From the NCBI GenBank assembly GCA_963806225.1, contig CAWDXG010000001.1:1440001-1504000 (forward strand): 64,000 nt of DNA, given 5' to 3'. This document shows, piece by piece, positions 31,308 through 41,420 of this stretch. A program made the position numbers and the translations under genes. How positions within the stretch are numbered: position 1 is the stretch's first letter; each line of letters begins with the position of its first letter. The DNA is from an uncultured delta proteobacterium (GTDB taxonomy: Bacteria > Myxococcota_A > Polyangia > Polyangiales > Polyangiaceae). The notes under the pieces are model-generated. The model searched no databases. It saw only the letters and a list, made by a program, of their open reading frames with translations, and was not told the origin of the DNA.

Positions 31308-33216
31308 ATGCGAAAAGCTGTGAGTGACGTCCAGGCGGTCCCGGCGCGACGTCGGGCGGGTTTCGTCGGGTTCGCGGCCGTCGTCGCGCTACACCTGGCG
31401 CTGCTCGCGTACTTCGCGCCGCCGCGGGTGATGTTCTCGTCGCAGCCCGTGCTGACGGTCGACCACGCGCTGCACATCTACCAGATCCAGCGCGCTCGCG
31501 AAGCGTTCAAGGGCTGGGGGGCTCTGTGGGGCTACGACCCGGGGCAGCTGGCGGGGCAACCGGCAGGCGTCGAGGAGGATCTGACCAGCAAGGGGACCGA
31601 GCTGTTCGTGATCGCTCTCGGGCGCCTCGGCGTGCCGATGGGGCTCGCATTCAACCTGCTGATCGTCCTCGTGCAGCTCTCCGTGCCGTTTGTTGGTCTA
31701 TGCCTCGGCACGCCTGTTCGATCTCGATCGGCGTCAGTCGACCATCGCGGCGCTGCTCTGGGTCCTGCTCTGGTTCTTCGACTCGTTCATGCACTGGTGC
31801 TGGTGGGTCGGGATGTTCACCTGGTCGATGGCCAGCTTGCTCGTCGTGCTGCTCCTGGCGCTCTTCTACCGGGCACTCGAGTCGGAACGGCGCATCTGGT
31901 TTCTGCCCCTCGCGCTCGTTGCAGCCACCCTGACCTTGAACCACCCGTTCGGCGTGCTCGCGCTCGTGGCGCCGTGTCTGGTGCTCTACGTGCGGGCGTT
32001 CAAAAAGCTCGACTGGACGCGACACGCGCTCACCTGGCTGTGCGCCCTGGCCGCGGCCTCCACCGTGCTGGTGTGGATCCGGCCGGCCTGGCACTTCCGC
32101 GAGTACATCGGAAACGTCGACACGTTCTTCAGGCCCCGGCTCGAATACGTGCTGTTCGACAGTTTCGACCTGCTGAAGGACGCCACGAACACGGGCGCCC
32201 CGGTGCGCACACTGGTGAGGATGCTGTGCTTCGTGGCGGGCGGCATCGTGATGTGGCGCTGGCACAAGCAGCGCGAGCGCAGGCTCCTGCCGATCGCGAC
32301 CGTGGTCCTGTGGTGTCTGGGTATCGCGTACGTGAGCAGCTATTCGTACCTCGCACGCCAGACCCAGCCCTACCGCCAGATCGGCCCGGCGATGCTGGCT
32401 GCGGCGCTGCCCGCGGCGGTTCTGCTCGGCGAGCTCCTGTCGCGGCGGACGCTGACGGAGCTCGGACGGCCAGCGCGGTTGCTGCTGGTGTTGTGCCTGG
32501 TCGTCGCGTTGCCGCGCGCGGTCCGGACGGTGCTCGTGTTCATGCCCGACCTGCTGCCGGTGCCCCGGATCTTCGGCTTCACGTCACCCTTCGCACCGCC
32601 ACGCCCGCGTGTGACGAAAAAGGGCTACGCACCCGAGCCGGAGAGATGGGCCGCCCTCAGACGTTGGCTGCTGCAGCACGCGCGGGGGCACGGGCGCATC
32701 GTGGTGAAGGACTGGCCGGTCGGGGAGTACCTGGCCGCGTCCACGCCGCTGCCGATCCTCGGCGGTATCGAGCAGCGCAACGTTCCGCATGTGGATGCGC
32801 AGTTGTTCCGTCTCTGGCCGGACGGCAACCTCCCGGGCAAGCAACTGGGGGCGTACTTCAAGCGTTATGCAGCAGGCTATCTCATCATGTCGGACGAGTT
32901 CACGCCGCTGGACTACCGGCGCGACGTGCTCCTCCCGCTCGTGGTGGTGGATGGGTTCCGCATCTACAGGACGCGTATCCATCCGGACTACTTCCTACAG
33001 GGCCGCGGTCGCATCGTGGCGCAGTCGCTCAACCGGATCGACGTGGATCACGCCGAGGGCAAGGACGTCGTCCTGCGGTTCCATTGGATGGACACGCTGC
33101 GCTGCCGTCCCGGTTGCAAGGTGGAGCGCTACAAGGTGGCGCACGATCGCGTGGGCTTCATCCGCATTCCGGCGCCGCCGCCGAAGTTCGAGGTGTACAA
33201 CTCGTATGCGTACTGA
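31308..33216 (+). CDS. GT-C-like polytopic membrane protein (PTPS-related/YfhO-like), frameshift near 31697
   Basis: VDHALH after TM1, WGYDPxxxAGxP loop, multiple TM helices with NHPF, soluble C-terminal domain (GRIVV). Confidence 0.6.
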
Positions 33217-33251
33217 GCGGCCGTTGGCAGCACAGGGATAGCGGCCGCGCG

Positions 33252-34398
33252 CTACAGCGACTTGCTCACTTCCAGCGCGTCACGACCGTAGCCCCACGAC
33301 AGGACGCCCCGCACCGCGCGCGAGCGGTACAGATCACGATCGACGATCAGCTGCACGCCCCGCTGGATGCCGGCGCGGACGGCCGAGGGCCAGCCGATCT
33401 CGCGGCCGGCCTGGAGCCGGAAGCGCCGCGCCGCGGCCCGGTCGAGGCCGCGGCCTTCGAGCCCCGCGGCCGCCGAGCGCCCTGCCAATCTCCCCGACGC
33501 GAGCGCGTGCCAGATCCCCTCACCGGTGAGCGGATCGATCATCCGCGCCGCATCGCCGGCCGTCAGCAGCCCCGCCATCGCCGGCGGAAGGTGCGGGCCG
33601 GCAAGCGGAAGCTGCCAGCTGCGCGTGCGGCCCTGGATGCTGGCGCCGTTGAAGCGATCGGAATGCCGCGCCATGAACGTCTCGAGCAGCTTGGCGAGCG
33701 GCACACCCGCGTCGTGGTAGCGATCGGCGCGCTGGTACACGCCCACGTTGGCGATGCCCTCGACCGGAGGGAATACCCAGCCGTAGCCGCAGGGCAGATC
33801 GCGCTCGAAGTAGTGCTCGCTGTAGGCCTCGTCCCCGGCGGGCGGAAGCCCTTCGACGTAGGCCGTGACGGCCAGGCCGAGCACGCTGCGCCTCGGCGGC
33901 GGCGTGCCGAGCGCGGTCCACGCCACCGAGCCGGCGCCATCGGCGGCGATCACCGCCCGCGCGCGCCAGGTAAAGCCCTCGCCACGCGCGCCGACCACCG
34001 CGTCGTGCACGCGCTCCAGCCGGCGGATGCCGACGCCCTGGAGCAGCCGGGCACCGCTATCCTCCAGTCGCTCGCGCAGCAGATTGTCGAGCACGGCGGC
34101 GTTCCATGATGTACCCGGGGTGCTCGCCGTAGCTGCGCCGCACGCGACTGCCGTCGGGGAAGATGGCCACGGCGCCGTGCACCACCGCGCGTGGAGCGCG
34201 TTCGAAGGCCTGTCCGGCGCCGAGCTCGGCGATGATGCCGGCGGCGCTGTTCGAGACGGCGTCGCCGCAGGTCTTGGGGCGCGGGAAGCGGGCGCGGTCG
34301 ACCACGCACACGTCCAGGCCGGCGCGGGCTGCCTCGATCCCCGCCGCCGAGCCCGCGGGCCCCGCGCCGATCACCAGCAGATCGCTCTCGCCGCGCAT
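33252..34398 (-). CDS. Geranylgeranyl reductase family FAD-dependent oxidoreductase (frameshift near 34099)
   Basis: VIGAGPAGS, FPRPKTCGD, AADGAGS, GYGWVFP, GDAARMIDPLTGEGI. TAGCAT lies 7 nt before the ATG. Confidence 0.88.
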
Positions 34399-34509
34399 GG
34401 CCGGGATGCTAGCGCGATCCGCCCCGATGTGGCGGATTTGCCGGCGGTCGTCTAGCCTGGGCGAAACGGTTGCGAGCCGGTAGAAGCGTGAGCCCGCAAC
34501 CGACGCCCG

Positions 34510-35343
34510 ATGCGCGCCGCTTTCAAGATCCTCGTCGACGTGCTCGCCTACCGGCTCCGGAAGCTGGAGATGGCGAACATGGTCGCCGCGATCGCGATCA
34601 TGCTCGCGCTCCGGCTGCCCGCGCGCGAGCTCGCGGTGCGCACCGGCTACGCGCTGCTCCTGAACCTGCTCGCGTACTTGACGAACGACTACTACGATGT
34701 CGAGCACGATCTGGCCGGCGGGCGCGAGCCCGACAAGACCCGCTTTCTCGCCGCACACCGGCGGGAGGCGCTGGGCGCGCAGCTCGGGCTTGCGGCGCTC
34801 CTGCTCGCTATCGGCGTGCTCACGTACCCCGGGTTGATCCTGGCGGCGGTGGCCGGAGCGGGGATCTGCTGGGCGTACTCGGCGCGGCTCAAGCACAGGG
34901 CCTATGCGGACGTGATCGCGATGACGCTGTGGGGCGTGGCGATGCCTCTGGTCGCGGTCCCGCTCGAGAGCCGGCTGGGCTGGGCGCTGGTGCTCCAGCT
35001 CGGTCTGTTCTCCGCCTGCTTCGAGCTGATCCAGGTGATGCGCGATCACGACGAGGACCGCGCCCGCGGTATCGAGACCACGGCGGTCCGGCTAGGCCAG
35101 ACCCGCACGCTGACGCTGGCCCGGGTGATGATGCTGCTCTCGGCGGCCTACGCCATCCTCGTCCTGCAGCGCTGGTTCGGGCTGCTGCTGCTGGCGGCGC
35201 CGCTGGTTCCGGTGGGCCGGGACGTGTCGCGCTACTGGAACCGCATCCGCATGACGCTGGGCGTGGTGTGGCTAGCTACGCTGGTGTGGGTGTTCTTCAC
35301 CTCGGCGAGCGCGGGCTGGCTGTTCCGGGTCGCTCGGGGATAG
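34510..35343 (+). CDS. UbiA superfamily prenyltransferase
   Basis: NDYYDVEHD first Asp motif, YSARLK, RDHDED...TTAVRLG second motif; about 8 TM helices. Confidence 0.88.
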   Translation: MRAAFKILVDVLAYRLRKLEMANMVAAIAIMLALRLPARELAVRTGYALLLNLLAYLTNDYYDVEHDLAGGREPDKTRFLAAHRREALGAQLGLAALLLAIGVLTYPGLILAAVAGAGICWAYSARLKHRAYADVIAMTLWGVAMPLVAVPLESRLGWALVLQLGLFSACFELIQVMRDHDEDRARGIETTAVRLGQTRTLTLARVMMLLSAAYAILVLQRWFGLLLLAAPLVPVGRDVSRYWNRIRMTLGVVWLATLVWVFFTSASAGWLFRVARG

Positions 35344-35358
35344 GCTGCGCGCGGGACC

Positions 35359-37801
35359 ATGCCCGAGCCACCGCGACCCCGCCTCCAGGGAAGTATTCCC
35401 CTGCTTCCACTGGGAGTACTGACCATGGTGGCGCTCGCGCTCGAGGTGTTCGTCACCCGGCTGCTCGCCTATACGGTCCACACCTTTCTCCTGTACCTGG
35501 TGCTGGGCGTGGCCATGACGGGCTTCGGCGCCGCGGGTAGTCTGGTTGCGGTGCGCCAGCGCTGGCTCGAAGCGGAACGCCTGCCGCGCGCGCTCGCCGC
35601 GTTTGCCGTCGGTTTCGTGCTGGCGCTGGTGCTGGCGTATGCGACGTTCGTGCGCCTCGCGCCGGGCCTGCGCCAGTCGGCGGACCTGGGCACCTTCGCC
35701 GTCTCGGCCCTGTTGACCCTGCCGTTCCTCGCGGCCGGCGCGGTCGTGACCTTGGCGCTGTCGGCGGCGGGCGATGCGCTCGGGCGCGTGTACGCCGCCG
35801 ATCTGATCGGTTCGGGGCTCGGCTGCTTTCTGCCGTTGCTGCTGCTCGGTCCGCTCGACGGGCAGCACTTTCTCGCCCTGCTCGCGCTGGTCGGCTGGAT
35901 CTCCGCCGCGCTGTTCTTCCGGCGCGTAACGGCTCCCGGCCTGCGGCTGAAGTTCGCGCTCGGGGGCAGCCTGGTCGTGGCCGTGCTCGGCTTTGTGTTC
36001 GCCGGGCGCGTGTTCCCCGTGCAGCCCGAGCCGTACGGCCAGGTCGGTATCATCGCGCGCTACGCGCAGAAGCGCGGTTTCTCCGTGCAGAAGCTGTTCG
36101 ACCGCTGGAACATGGTCGGGCGCGTCGAGGTATACGAATACCACCACGTTCCGGGTACTCCGGATCCGTATCCGTTCCGCTTCTACGCGCAGGACAACAC
36201 GGCCGGCGCCGTGATGGCGCGCTGGGACGGCCGCGATCAGCGGCAGGTCGGCCCGGATCAGCCGTCGCCGAGCCCCGTGCCGCGCATGTGCAGCCAGTCG
36301 CTGTTCGGCCAGGCGTACTTCGCACCCCGGAAGAAGGTGCTCGTGATCGGCGTCGGCGGCGGCGCCGATGTGCAGTGCGCCCTGTACAACGACGCGAGCC
36401 ACGTCGATGCCGTCGAGATCAACCCTGCCGCCATCCGCGCCATCCGGGGCCCGTTCAACCACTGGCTGGGTGGTATCGGCTCCGACCCGCGCGTCCGCTA
36501 CGTGATCCGCGACGGCCGCAGCTTCGCGCGCGCCGCCCGCGGGCACGACTACGACCTGATCCAGTTGAGCGGCGTCGACACCAAGAGCATCCTGGCGTCC
36601 GGTTCGCTCGCGCTCAGCGAGAACCACCTCTACACGCGCCGCGCGTTCATCGACTACCTGTCGAGTCTATCCGACCATGGCGTGCTATCGCTGATCCGCT
36701 TCGGGCAGGGCGAGGCACTGCGCCTGGTGAACACGGCGGTCGTCGCGCTCGGAGCGCTGGGCGTCGAGCATCCGTCGCAGCACCTGCTGGTGCTGGACAA
36801 CGGTCTGGCCTACGGCGTCATCGTCTCGCGGCAGCCGCTGACGCCGGACGCCGTGCGCGCTTTCTACCAGCGGTTCTGGTTCACTGATCACGATTTCCGC
36901 GGCTTCAAGGCGATCTTCCTGGAGCCTTTCGGCTACGTACCGACGCGCAGGCCGCAGCTCGTGTACGAGCCCGGCCGCGCCGTCGATCCGCTGTTTGCCC
37001 ACTACTTCGCGGCGCTCGGTGCAGGGCGCCGCGCGGCGTTCCAAAAGGGCTATCCGTTCAACATCGCTCCTACGACCGACGACCGTCCGTTCTTCTTCGA
37101 CCTGACCCGATACGATCTGCCTTCGCGCTCGCAGGCGCCGCACGTGCCGGTGCTCGAGCGCATGCTCAGCTCGGTGCTGCTCTTGGCGGGCCTCATGATC
37201 CTGCTGCCGCTCTCTGAGGATCCACGATCGCATGAAGGGGCTCCAGGCCTTCCTGGTGGCGGTGTTCTTCGGCAGCGTGGGGCTGGCCTACCTCTTCTTC
37301 GAGATCTGGTTCATCCACCGCTTCGCGATGTTCCTCGGCCACCAGTCGTACTCGCTGAGCGTCGTGCTCGCGACGCTGCTCGGCAGCACTGGCGCCGGGG
37401 CCTTTCTGGGATCGCGGCTCAGCGCGCCGCCGCATCGGCGCGTGATCTACGGCGTCGCCGGGGCATTCGGCGTGTTGGCGCTGTGGCTGCTCGTGCTCCC
37501 GTCGCTGTTCGAAGCGGCCTGGACCGGGAGTCTCGCGCTGCGTGCGGCGGTCGCGATCGCCTTCGTGGCTCCGGCGGGTCTCGCCATGGGGCTGCCGTTC
37601 CCTGCGGGTCTGGACTGGGTGTCGCGCCGGCGCCCGGCCGTACTGCCATGGTGTGTCGGCGTGAACTTCTTCGCGTCGGTGGTTGCGACCACCGCGGCGA
37701 TCCCCATGTCGCTGGTGTTCGGCTATCACGTCGTGCTCGCCTGGGGCGCGGCGCTCTATCTCGTGTGCGCCGTGGTCGCGGCGGCCTTCTGGAGACCATG
37801 A
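35359..37801 (+). CDS. Polytopic membrane protein with inserted SAM-binding (spermidine synthase-like) domain, copy 2 (frameshift near 37212)
   Basis: VYAADLIGS, VLVIGVGGGAD, VEINP, RDGRSF, ENHLYT, TTDDRPFFF; the C-terminal TM bundle is in the 37232..37801 frame. Confidence 0.85.
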
Positions 37802-39543
37802 ACCGGCTCCGGCGCCTTCTGTCCTCGCGCCGGGTGCTCTTGTGGGCGGCGCTTGTCGGCGTGCTCCTGGCTGCGCCGTCGCTGTTCGGCGGACTGCAGA
37901 CGGAGGACCACGTCTTCCGCGCCGTGGCGCGGGCGCACCCATTCTCGCTGTCGCACGTGAACCTGTGGGGCCCCGCGCTGCCGCCATCGCCCGCCGCGCG
38001 GCTGCACGACTACTACTCCGAGCGCGACCTGGGCATGCTGCCGTGGATCACGAACAAGGACTTCGAGGTCTCGTTCTGGCGCCCGCTCGGCTCTCTGACG
38101 CACCACCTCGACTTCCGCCTGTGGCCGGACAGCCCCGCGCTGATGCACGCGCAGAACCTGTTCTGGTACGCGCTCTTGATCGCGGCAGTCGCGCTGCTCT
38201 ACCGCCGCTTCTGCGACCCGCTCTGGGTCGCGGGCCTGGCCGCCGTCGTCTTTGCCGTGGACGACGCGCACGGTCAGGCCGTGGGCTGGATTGCGAACCG
38301 CAGCGCGATCATCGCCGCGCTGTTCGCCGTGCTCGCCCTGTACTTCCAGGATCGCCACCGGCGGGACGGCTACCGGGCGGGGGCGGTGTTGGCGGCGCTG
38401 TCGCTCGGCGCGGGGCTCTCGAGCTCCGAGCTTGCGCTGTGCGGAGTGGGCTACCTGGTGGCGCACGCGCTGGTCGTGGACCGGGAGGCGCCGCTCCGGC
38501 GGCTCCGGGCCGCGCTGCCGTGGATGATCACCGTGGCGCTCTGGGCCGTCGTCTATCGCGCGCTTGGCCACGGCGTACGTGGCTCGGGGCTGTACCTCGA
38601 TCCGCTGCGCCAGCCCGTCGCATTCCTGCGCGAAGCTCCGGGGCGCCTGCTGGTGCTGCTGCTCGCCGAGTTTGGAGCGCCGCCGTCGGATGTGTGGAAC
38701 TCGTTGCCCTACGGCCTCCAGCTGTGGGGCGCGGTACTCGCCGTCGGGGTGCTGGCCGTGATCGCCTGGCTTCTGGTCCCGTGGCTACGGCGCGACCGGA
38801 CCGCGCGTTTCTGGGCGCTCGGCACGCTGCTCTCGCTGTTGCCGGTGTGCGGAACCTTCCCCGAGGATCGGCTGCTGCTTCTGGCGGGCGTGGGCGGCTC
38901 GGTGCTCGTCGCGCGGGTGGTTGCGCTGCTCGCCGGCGTTGCCCTGGAGCCCGAGAGACGGGCCACGCGTTTTCTGGCGGGGGCGTGGGCGGCGCTTTCC
39001 CTCGTCGTTGCGCCGCTGCTGCTGCCGTACAGGTCTCTGACGATGCAGCGCTACGAGACGAGGCTCCAGCAGGCGCGCGAGAGCGCGTTCTCGCTCGTGC
39101 GGCCGCCGGCCACCCAGCTCGTGCTTCTCGACGCTCCGGACTACTACTTCTCCAGCATGATGCTGCTCACGCGCATGGCGACGCCGGATCCGATCCCGAA
39201 GCATACGCTGTGCCTTGCCGGAACGCTGTACGGGGCGCACATCCGCCGCGTCGACCGGAACGCCGTCGAGGTGCGTCCCGCGCGGGGCTTCCTGTCGCGA
39301 CCCCTCGATCGCCTGTACCGCGGTCCGGGGGCTCCGATGCACAAGGGACAGGCCTTTTTTGCGGGGGGCGCCTTCGTCACCATCACCGAGGTGGACCGGC
39401 ACGGGGCGCCGCTCGCGGCCGTGTTCCGCTTCCGCTGGCCCCTGGACAGTCCCCGTTTCGTCTTTGCTGCGTGGAAGTCCGGACGCTACCAGAGGGTGCG
39501 GCTGCCGTCCGTGGGGCGGAGCATGGTGCTCGGAGCGCGATGA
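37798..39543 (+). CDS. GT-C-fold (TMTC/PMT-like) membrane glycosyltransferase A2, paralog of 29458..31248
   Basis: QTEDH, FWRPLGSL, HAQN, GWIANR, GSGLYLDPLRQP (A1 has GSSVYLDPLRRP); ATGA-coupled. Confidence 0.65.
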   Translation: MNRLRRLLSSRRVLLWAALVGVLLAAPSLFGGLQTEDHVFRAVARAHPFSLSHVNLWGPALPPSPAARLHDYYSERDLGMLPWITNKDFEVSFWRPLGSLTHHLDFRLWPDSPALMHAQNLFWYALLIAAVALLYRRFCDPLWVAGLAAVVFAVDDAHGQAVGWIANRSAIIAALFAVLALYFQDRHRRDGYRAGAVLAALSLGAGLSSSELALCGVGYLVAHALVVDREAPLRRLRAALPWMITVALWAVVYRALGHGVRGSGLYLDPLRQPVAFLREAPGRLLVLLLAEFGAPPSDVWNSLPYGLQLWGAVLAVGVLAVIAWLLVPWLRRDRTARFWALGTLLSLLPVCGTFPEDRLLLLAGVGGSVLVARVVALLAGVALEPERRATRFLAGAWAALSLVVAPLLLPYRSLTMQRYETRLQQARESAFSLVRPPATQLVLLDAPDYYFSSMMLLTRMATPDPIPKHTLCLAGTLYGAHIRRVDRNAVEVRPARGFLSRPLDRLYRGPGAPMHKGQAFFAGGAFVTITEVDRHGAPLAAVFRFRWPLDSPRFVFAAWKSGRYQRVRLPSVGRSMVLGAR

Positions 39544-41420
39544 GCAGGCCGGCGCTGCAACAAGCTGGAGGGAAGCGCCAGGCGCTGCTCCTGATGCTGC
39601 TCTTGTCGGTCGTGTTCCTGGTCTACGCCTGGTACTCCGTGCCGCGGCTCACCAACAACGTGATGGGCGACATGGACGTGACGGGTTGGACCGGCCCCAT
39701 CGCCGAACGCATTGTAGCCGGGGTGCGCCCCTACGTGGACTTCGTGCTGCCGATTCCGCCCGGCGGCTATCTCGTGCTGGGCGCGATCCAGAAAGCGGTT
39801 GGAAAGCCGCTCCTGCTCGAGGAGTTGTGGACGGTGGCGCTGTGCCGCCTCGCGCTCGGCTGGATCGCCTACGCGATCGCGTCGGCGCTGACGACGCGGC
39901 GCATTGCCTTCCTAGTGGCAGCCGGCACGCTCGTCGTGCTCACCCAGCTCGCCCGGGAGTGTGCCTACGACGAGCTGGCGCAGATGTGCGTGTGGGGCAG
40001 CGTGGCGTGTGGGGCGCACGCGCTCGGGAGCGAAGCGGGTCGGCGTCGCTGGCTCTGGAGCGCGGCGGGCCTCTTCGCGGGCATGGCGATGTCGTTCAAG
40101 CAGACGCTCGGCTGCGGGATCCTGCTCGGCTGGGTGCTCGCCTTCGGCTACTTCGCGTGGATCGCACGCGGCAGCGAACCCCGGGTGCGCGTGCAGCAGC
40201 GGAGCGATCGGCGTCGCTGGCTCGCGGGGGCCGCTGCCGGCCTTCTGCTGCTGGTCGCGCTCGTGCTGCTGTCCGGTGGCACGCTCGGTGGGTTCTTCCA
40301 GGCGGTGTTCGCCGACGGCGTCGCTCTGAAAGGCGGCGTGCTCACGCTGCTCTGGCTATTGGTGGGCTACGTCTTCAGCAACGACGTGCTGCCCGCGTCG
40401 CTGGTGCTGGTCACGTTGACGATCGCCGTCGGGATGCGTGTGGCGCGGCGCGCCGGCGATCTCCGCCTGGCCGACGAGGCGACCGCTTCCGGCTCCGGGC
40501 CAGGCGCCGGCTGGATCGCCGCCGGCGTGGGGGTCAGCCTCGCTTTCGGCACCGCCGCGGGGCTGCTCGCCGCGGGGGTTCACGGACTGCCGCACGTGAT
40601 CGAGGTGTCGCTTGGCGAGCTCGGGCGGATCCCCGCGTTCGGTCTGGCTCTCGCCTGCGCGTTCTTCTTCGGCCAGCTCTGGCCGCGGCAGCAGGGCGCG
40701 GCGGCGCCGCACCCGGGCCACGACTTCAACGCGGTGTTCCTGGTCGGTCTGGTTGCTTCGATGCTCGGAAGCCTCTCGTTCGCGGAGTTCCAGCCGCTCT
40801 ACGATGCGAACGTCCTCCTGCCGTTGGGCTTTTTGTTCCTGTTCGTCGCGTGCCGGCGCGGGCGCCTGGGTTGGCTCGCTGCGGTGCTGTTTACTGGCGT
40901 GCTCCTGACGCTGTTCAGCCAGCGTCTCTCGCGCGCGCTCGACGCGCGCTACCCCGTGGGAGAGCGGGGGTACTGGGCCGGCATGCGCGTCGGCTTCCGG
41001 GGCCGCGAGGTTCTGCACGCGGCCGAGCGCGTCCGGTCGCTCACGCGCCCTGGCGACCGCGTCCTGGTGCTGCCCGAGGATCTGGAGCTTTCCGGGCTCA
41101 TCGGCCGCGGGCGTCCGCCGCTGCGCGGGGCAGTGGTGTTCGCCGATCTGTACCCGGAGCGCCTCGCGGCCGCCGACATCCAGAGGCTCGACAGGGATCT
41201 GCCGCGCGTGATCGTCATCGTGCCGCGACGCCGCGAGCTCTGGCAGCGGCTGTTCCACGTCTGGACGCGGCGCAACGGTGCGCGGCAGGTGGTCTCGCAC
41301 GTGCTCGACGACGTGCTGCCGCAGCACTACCGCCGAGTCGCGACCTACCGCAGCACCTACTTCTGGGATCAAGGGCTGATCGACGTCTACGTCCGGCGTG
41401 ACGCGGAGCAGGTGCCATGA
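39540..41420 (+). CDS. GT-C-like membrane glycosyltransferase B1
   Basis: GDMD after TM1, GVRPYVDFVLPIPPG, ECAYD, FKQ; C-terminal soluble domain (VLVLPED); ATGA-coupled. Confidence 0.6.
   Translation: MSRPALQQAGGKRQALLLMLLLSVVFLVYAWYSVPRLTNNVMGDMDVTGWTGPIAERIVAGVRPYVDFVLPIPPGGYLVLGAIQKAVGKPLLLEELWTVALCRLALGWIAYAIASALTTRRIAFLVAAGTLVVLTQLARECAYDELAQMCVWGSVACGAHALGSEAGRRRWLWSAAGLFAGMAMSFKQTLGCGILLGWVLAFGYFAWIARGSEPRVRVQQRSDRRRWLAGAAAGLLLLVALVLLSGGTLGGFFQAVFADGVALKGGVLTLLWLLVGYVFSNDVLPASLVLVTLTIAVGMRVARRAGDLRLADEATASGSGPGAGWIAAGVGVSLAFGTAAGLLAAGVHGLPHVIEVSLGELGRIPAFGLALACAFFFGQLWPRQQGAAAPHPGHDFNAVFLVGLVASMLGSLSFAEFQPLYDANVLLPLGFLFLFVACRRGRLGWLAAVLFTGVLLTLFSQRLSRALDARYPVGERGYWAGMRVGFRGREVLHAAERVRSLTRPGDRVLVLPEDLELSGLIGRGRPPLRGAVVFADLYPERLAAADIQRLDRDLPRVIVIVPRRRELWQRLFHVWTRRNGARQVVSHVLDDVLPQHYRRVATYRSTYFWDQGLIDVYVRRDAEQVP

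Noticed and set aside
33252..35343. Mycobacterial-type decaprenyl-phospho-arabinose pathway (UbiA + DprE1/E2)
   Set aside because: The flavoprotein is GGR-type rather than DprE1 (VAO-type), and no DprE2-like SDR or phosphatase is present.
23227..41420. Very long ORFs of 1267, 1103, 941, 1394 and 1245 aa
   Set aside because: Large parts are Arg/Ala/Pro-rich shadow frames typical of high-GC DNA; only sub-segments match real genes.
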